From the NCBI GenBank assembly GCA_043775255.1, contig JAYVST010000369.1:1-39557 (forward strand): DNA of 39,557 nucleotides, written 5' to 3'. A program made the position numbers and the translations under genes. The notes beneath the pieces are model-generated. The model saw nothing but the letters and a program-made list of their open reading frames with translations, searched no databases and was not told the DNA's origin. Below, in pieces: positions 35,549 through 39,557 of the stretch. This DNA is from Burkholderiales bacterium. GTDB taxonomy: Bacteria; Pseudomonadota; Gammaproteobacteria; Burkholderiales; JAEUOS01. Numbering within the stretch: position 1 is the first letter of the stretch; each line of letters begins with the position of its first letter.

Positions 35549-35713
35549 CAGCCTGTCGGACTTGGGGCGTCGAACGCGAAAATCGGCCCCAGCGAGGACA
35601 GTTTTTGCCGCCTTCTTGCCCCATAGCCCGGCTATGGGGCAAGAAGGCGGTGAAAAATGGACCGCTGCGGCCGATTTGCAGCAGACGCTCCCCAAGTCCG
35701 ACTGGCTGCTAGC
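35544..35713. mobile_element. ~170-bp palindromic MITE/REP-like element, copy 1
   Basis: It has 24-bp terminal inverted repeats, gctagcagcctgtcggacttgggg and ccccaagtccgactggctgctagc, matching at 23 of 24 positions. The arms are imperfectly complementary. The central stem is 21 bp, ccgccttcttgccccatagcc/ggctatggggcaagaaggcgg (35608..35650). A second copy sits at the window end. Confidence 0.65.
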
Positions 35714-36815
35714 CCGCACCCGCAGTCACATCATCCTTCTCGCGCGAGCGGCGCCAAAGCTTGTATGCAAGATGACGTACAAGCATCGGCATCGGCATCC
35801 TGAACCAATGTGCCCGCAAATAGAGCAGAAGAAGTGCAAGCCGTGTTCCGCGGTATTCGGCAGTCGGATGCGGCGTGCGCAGCGCGCGGATCCAGAGCGT
35901 ATCCATCAAGGGCCCAAGCATTATCGGAGGGCCCATATTGCTTGCCGCCGGCAGCTTCGTTGGCGGAACGGCAACACCGAATGTCCGCGTAACATGCCGC
36001 AGGCCGTAAAAAAGCGGTCGGCCCAGCCCCAACGCCGTCGCGCGGGCCGCGAGGCGATCCCAAAAGTCACGTTCCCGCCCGAAGTGCCGCAAGAGGATGT
36101 CGATGTCGGACAAATCGCGCAGTCCATGACTGAATTCTTCGTTGAAAAACAGGTGCGTCATGCTGTGCAATACCATATCTGCGGGTGCGAGCACGAAAGC
36201 ACCCGGCAACCCTTCGACCGGAACCGCGTCGGCCAGAAGTTTGCTGGCGTCGGCTGTGCGCCGCGCGGTCTGCGGGAGTATCGAATGGTGGATGTCTAGT
36301 ACGGTGCCGCGCCTGCTGTGCTGCATAGGCGGCAGTTCGTGCATCCAGTCGCGATAGTAACGCTGGTCGTATGCGGCGTGGTGCGTCATCGCCCAGCCCG
36401 CCACCATCAAGCGCGTTTCGACGACCGGCAGGTCGCCCTTGGGTACCAGGATGTCGATGTCTGAAAATAGCCTGCCTTTGGCGGCTGGCACGCGGCCCAG
36501 CAGGTATCCCGCTCCCTTGAGGAACACGACCTTGACCCCTGACGATTGCAGCCCTCGCATGATAAGGACTGCTTCGCGCCAGACCTCATTGTGTTGCGCT
36601 CGCGCAAGCGCAATCTCTGCCTCAAGATGGCCCGCCGGGGCCGCCGGAACGGAACACGTTTGCCCATGTTCCCTGACCGATTCGGCGATGCGTGCAAGCA
36701 AGCCTGCCGTGCGCGCCTGTCGGACTACAACATCCCAATCGCCAAGGGACATTGCCGTAGCCGAACCCGGTTCACGCAACAACGGGACCACGCGGTCGCC
36801 TGCCAAGCCCTTCAT
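35709..36815 (-). CDS. Pol-beta-fold nucleotidyltransferase (uncharacterised NTP_transf_5-like family)
   Basis: 368 aa from the internal ATG (aa 31 of the track ORF), which overlaps the kinase stop as ATGA. The NTase signature is VVFLKGAGYLLGRVPAAKGRLFSDIDILVPKGDL (G-x-G ... D-x-D). YYRDWMHELPPMQHSRRGTVLDIHH follows. Confidence 0.78.
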   Translation of the reverse strand: MKGLAGDRVVPLLREPGSATAMSLGDWDVVVRQARTAGLLARIAESVREHGQTCSVPAAPAGHLEAEIALARAQHNEVWREAVLIMRGLQSSGVKVVFLKGAGYLLGRVPAAKGRLFSDIDILVPKGDLPVVETRLMVAGWAMTHHAAYDQRYYRDWMHELPPMQHSRRGTVLDIHHSILPQTARRTADASKLLADAVPVEGLPGAFVLAPADMVLHSMTHLFFNEEFSHGLRDLSDIDILLRHFGRERDFWDRLAARATALGLGRPLFYGLRHVTRTFGVAVPPTKLPAASNMGPPIMLGPLMDTLWIRALRTPHPTAEYRGTRLALLLLYLRAHWFRMPMPMLVRHLAYKLWRRSREKDDVTAGAG

Positions 36816-37738
36816 TTGCGGCCCGCCGCACATTCCCCGGCCAGCCTGTCGAACACTTCGACCGCATCTTCCAGCCTGCTGTAAGTGAACTCGTAGCAGT
36901 CGCATTCATCGATCAATGCCGCAAATTGGTCGAAGGCACGCGCCCCATGAATATCGAAATTGAACCCATTTTCGACCAGATGCATGAACGCCCTTGCCCG
37001 GCCAAGGGGCTCAAGCCGTGCCGTCGCGCCTACGGCGTATCGGGGCAGCACCAGCCACCGGGGCCGCGTCCGCTCATGCTGCCGCAGTACGCTGTCGGCA
37101 GGCGGACACATGTGGGCCACGCTTCCCTTGAGCGTGTCGTGAACCGTCGGGCTGAAGCGTGCTGCGGGCGCGAAACGCGCAATGACCTCAATCGACTTGT
37201 TTTTCAGGCTGACCGGCCGCGGAACCGGAACAAGGCTTCCGTCCGCGAAGTCGATGACTGCGAGTTCGTCGGACAGCAAGCGCCACCCGGAATTGACAAG
37301 GCAGGCGCACAGCGTACTTTTTCCGGAACCAGGCGGTGCGGGAAAAATCGCTGCTCCCCCGTTTCGCTCCACGACCGCCGAATGAACGATCAAATATTGA
37401 TGGCAATGGCTCGTGACGCACCAGTTCATGCCCCATTCGAATACTGGGAATGCCTGATCGGCTGGCAACGGATTGAAGGTGGTATTGACGTCACAGCGGA
37501 ACACTACCTGTGGCCGGACCAAGGCACGGATGCTCCCCGGACGCTCGACAGTCACGTGGAAATCGGAAAACCCGTCTCCCGGTTCGACTGTATGGTTGGC
37601 ATAGTGGAGCTCGATGCCCGCAGCGACCAGTTCGAGCGTCGAAAACACGCGACTCACCACAGGGCCGGTACGCAAGCACAACCCGGGATCCGCCAGTCGC
37701 TTGCGCAACGCGCGGGGGCCCAATTCCGATAGTATCAA
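36812..37738 (-). CDS. HprK-related kinase (HPr kinase C-terminal-domain-like P-loop protein; kinase A type of the HPr-rel-A system)
   Basis: 308 aa with the P-loop FPAPPGSGKSTLCACL, followed by GWRLLSDELAVID and PVSLKNKSIEV. The TTG start overlaps the PqqD-gene stop (TTGA). Confidence 0.78.
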   Translation of the reverse strand: MILSELGPRALRKRLADPGLCLRTGPVVSRVFSTLELVAAGIELHYANHTVEPGDGFSDFHVTVERPGSIRALVRPQVVFRCDVNTTFNPLPADQAFPVFEWGMNWCVTSHCHQYLIVHSAVVERNGGAAIFPAPPGSGKSTLCACLVNSGWRLLSDELAVIDFADGSLVPVPRPVSLKNKSIEVIARFAPAARFSPTVHDTLKGSVAHMCPPADSVLRQHERTRPRWLVLPRYAVGATARLEPLGRARAFMHLVENGFNFDIHGARAFDQFAALIDECDCYEFTYSRLEDAVEVFDRLAGECAAGRK

Positions 37739-38079
37739 GAGGAGACGCGTTCCACAAAGCCGATTCTTTCGAATTCTAGCAATGTGGTACGCAAAAGGTC
37801 GCGAACGGCATGGTCAGGGGCCTCCGCAATCGCACCTTTGCTTGCTTCGGCCGGCACCAGCAAGGTCTCCAAAGCTTGCAGTGAAAGGGCGGAATGCGCT
37901 TCGAGAAACGTTTGAAACACCACTGCACCGACGTCACTGAGCAAGTGGGTATTCCCGGTAGCGGGAACCAGGACCACCACTTCGCCATCCCACTCCCGCC
38001 AACGAAGTCTTTCGGGCGCCGACAACGCCCAGGCACTCGAATACGGATCGATCAGTGCGTCTGCGTCGCTCAGGCCCAC
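37735..38079 (-). CDS. PqqD-family (RiPP-recognition-element-like) small protein
   Basis: The C-terminal ~100 aa of the 185-aa track ORF read RLRWREWDGEVVVLVPATGNTHLLSDVGAVVFQTFLEAHSALSLQALETLL. This is the PqqD-type beta-strands plus helices pattern. The long form overlaps the upstream gene by more than 200 nt. I provisionally use the in-frame GTG at 38079; a CTG overlapping the upstream TGA is an alternative, so the start is uncertain. Confidence 0.62.
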   Translation of the reverse strand: MGLSDADALIDPYSSAWALSAPERLRWREWDGEVVVLVPATGNTHLLSDVGAVVFQTFLEAHSALSLQALETLLVPAEASKGAIAEAPDHAVRDLLRTTLLEFERIGFVERVSS

Positions 38080-38765
38080 GTACTGCAAAGGTAGCCGTTG
38101 ACGCCACCGCAAACCGCGCTGGGCGGTTGCGCGCTGGAAGGCGTGGTGGTCGAGTGGTACCACTTGACACCTGCGGTCGGCTCGTAGAACCCCCCTGGAG
38201 TCTTGGTTTGCAGGAACATCCATCGAACTTGGGCCACGCTGTGGATGCCATTGACCAGACCACCGGCCGCATTGACGTGCGCGGCAATGCAATTCTGGGC
38301 GAGTTTGAGGGCATCACTTGTGCCCGTGAGCTTCAGCGCGGTTTTCATGCGGGTGTTGTCGTCACACGCGACAGGCAGGCCGGTAGTCGGGTCGTTACCC
38401 GAAATGCCGCTCATGCAACCGGCACCCCATGCAGCGGAACACTTGATCGAAACCCAGGCGTTGTTCACATATTCGCGACAATTCGCCGGCCACGAGGACG
38501 AAGACGTTCCCTTCCACGTGGTCGGGCTGCTACCGCTGGAGGTGATCAATATGCCGGCGCGGCTAACGTGTACGGTACTGGCTGGATGCGAAGAGAATCC
38601 CGATGCGGTCGTGGTCAAGGTAGCCAGCGCCGGACGACTGACCAAAGTCAAAGCAACGGGAACAGCGCCAATGCCCAACTTTAATACACGTCGCCGCTTT
38701 GCAACAAGCGCATCGCGCTCGGCGTTCTTGCCGACATCTCCGTTGCAATCCTGAAAATCAGCCAT
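38070..38765 (-). CDS. Tat-signal secreted protein, Ser/Thr- and Cys-rich, no recognisable family
   Basis: 231 aa with GGAG about 9 nt upstream of ATG 38765. The twin-arginine motif is KRRRVLKLG, followed by the h-region IGAVPVALTLVS and the cleavage context RPALA. The mature part has TLTTTASGFSSHPAS, SSGSSPTTWKGTSSSSW, HSTTTPSS and 7 Cys. Confidence 0.62.
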   Translation of the reverse strand: MADFQDCNGDVGKNAERDALVAKRRRVLKLGIGAVPVALTLVSRPALATLTTTASGFSSHPASTVHVSRAGILITSSGSSPTTWKGTSSSSWPANCREYVNNAWVSIKCSAAWGAGCMSGISGNDPTTGLPVACDDNTRMKTALKLTGTSDALKLAQNCIAAHVNAAGGLVNGIHSVAQVRWMFLQTKTPGGFYEPTAGVKWYHSTTTPSSAQPPSAVCGGVNGYLCSTWA

Positions 38766-39135
38766 GGCGCAAACTCCAATAAATGTACTTCAATCCCGAA
38801 GCTGGATTCTAGCCCGAACCAAGCGTATGGCACGGTAAGGAAACGTTAAATCAACCACAATGCCGTAGCAGTCCAAATCTTCCAGCGATTGACGCAATTA
38901 ACGCACCACTTCGGAATTGTTTATTTTTCCTCTTTTAAATCAATAATTTACAAAGTTATACAGAAGTTTTCTCAGCCTGCAATCAAGGTCGCGGACGGTG
39001 AATGTAAAATTTTTCGACAACTATTGGCTACACGTTCCAGAGAATATCGACCGATTGTGCTGATTCCGAAGCTCGTTATCGTAGCGGCGCGACATGCGCT
39101 TATTCGTGCTGTAACCTGAAGACCAAAGGCTTTGA

Positions 39136-39261
39136 TCGTTGAGCCGACGCAACAAGAATGCAGCGGCGGTAGCGCTGGCAAACAAGAACGCCCGCACCGT
39201 CTGGGCGCTGTTGGCAAATGCTCGGCACTCCCAGGCCGACTATGAACCTGCGGCGGCATGA
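39136..39261 (+). pseudogene. 3-prime remnant of an IS110-family transposase gene
   Basis: The open frame SLSRRNKNAAAVALANKNARTVWALLANARHSQADYEPAAA* has no start codon. It matches the conserved C-terminal helix (..AAVALANK.AR..WALL..) that I recall for IS110-family transposases. AARHALIRAV lies in another frame just upstream (about 39085..39116), which suggests a frameshifted, truncated relic. Confidence 0.5.
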
Positions 39262-39277
39262 ACACGGGTTGCCCACA

Positions 39278-39318
39278 GGCGCTCACCACACAGCGTGATA
39301 GGCGCGCTGGTGAGCGCC
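39278..39318. repeat. stem-loop just downstream of the transposase remnant
   Basis: The stem is ggcgctcacc ... ggtgagcgcc (10 bp), with an inner cagcg/cgctg pair. It begins 17 nt after the remnant stop codon. It may be an IS terminal structure or a terminator-like hairpin. Confidence 0.45.
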
Positions 39319-39456
39319 CATGGATAACCCTGCGCCATCCCCGTGCGACGACACAAACTTCGTAGAGGAGGCCCTCCACCGATTGCTCAGGCAATCATGA
39401 CGTGATGGCAAGACTGGTCAGACCGTGGTCGAACAAATCCGATAGCAGCCTTGCGC

Positions 39457-39557
39457 CTAGCAGCCTGTCGGACTTGGGAATCGTCGGCTGCAAATCGGCC
39501 GCAGCGGTCCATTTTTCACCGCCTTCTTGCCCCATAGCCGGGCTATGGGGCGGCGAA
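39457..39557. mobile_element. palindromic MITE/REP-like element, copy 2 (cut by the window end)
   Basis: It begins ctagcagcctgtcggacttggg, the same terminal repeat as copy 1. It then has a 31-nt exact match (ctgcaaatcggccgcagcggtccatttttca) to the reverse complement of the copy 1 right arm. The same ccgccttcttgccccatagcc core follows. Confidence 0.6.

Noticed and set aside
35608-35650. Central 21-bp hairpin of the palindromic element as a bidirectional intrinsic terminator
   Set aside because: On both strands the T-run precedes the stem and an A-run follows it, which is the reverse of a canonical terminator. It may still affect RNA 3-prime ends, but I do not call it a terminator.
38828-38833. 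TGGCAC hexamer as the -24 element of a sigma-54 promoter for the Tat-protein operon
   Set aside because: It is on the plus strand, pointing away from the operon. The position where the -12 TTGC element should lie reads GGAAA.
38889-39394. ORFs 38889..39119 (+, 76 aa) and 38972..39394 (-, 140 aa) as real genes
   Set aside because: The first starts at TTG in AT-rich DNA with no RBS, and its end resembles a frameshifted piece of the transposase relic. The second is antisense to the recognisable transposase C-terminus and is Cys/Arg/Pro-rich.

Overview
This is high-GC (about 60% by eye) Gram-negative, probably proteobacterial, chromosomal DNA. It is almost fully coding, mostly on the minus strand.

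The core (about 13.8-33.6 kb) is a PEP-CTERM/exosortase A (XrtA/EpsH-type) exopolysaccharide locus in its usual gene order:
- Wza-like export lipoprotein
- chain-length determinant
- BY-type tyrosine autokinase with a (GY)7 tail
- beta-barrel protein
- ExeA-like AAA ATPase
- NodB deacetylase
- FemAB-family protein
- glycosyltransferase
- exosortase A fused to an EpsI domain
- glycosyltransferase
- AsnB-type amidotransferase
- SAM methyltransferase
- two GT4 enzymes
- Wzy/O-antigen-ligase-like protein
- a second deacetylase

Left of the core lie four modules:
- a GNAT/ACP/ANL-ligase/PLP-decarboxylase set with a complete B12-dependent glutamate mutase (S, E, L) wedged into it
- an acyltransferase-3 gene
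- a tightly packed 4-gene GDP-D-glycero-alpha-D-manno-heptose operon
- a partial secreted beta-propeller/Ig/lectin-like protein

Right of the core lie a divergent Sel1-SLT lytic transglycosylase and a trypsin-like protease. Next comes a 3.7-kb module: a Tat-signal Ser/Thr/Cys-rich protein, a PqqD-family protein, an HprK-related kinase and a Pol-beta-type nucleotidyltransferase. Two copies of a ~170-bp palindromic MITE-like element bracket this module, and an IS110-family transposase remnant lies inside the bracket next to the right-hand copy.

I recognised no rRNA, tRNA or CRISPR array. Many ORF-track entries are antisense or out-of-frame shadows, or have over-extended N-termini. I re-picked starts from neighbouring stops, RBS-like sequences and conserved N-termini. 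All family assignments come from motif recognition by eye, not database searches.
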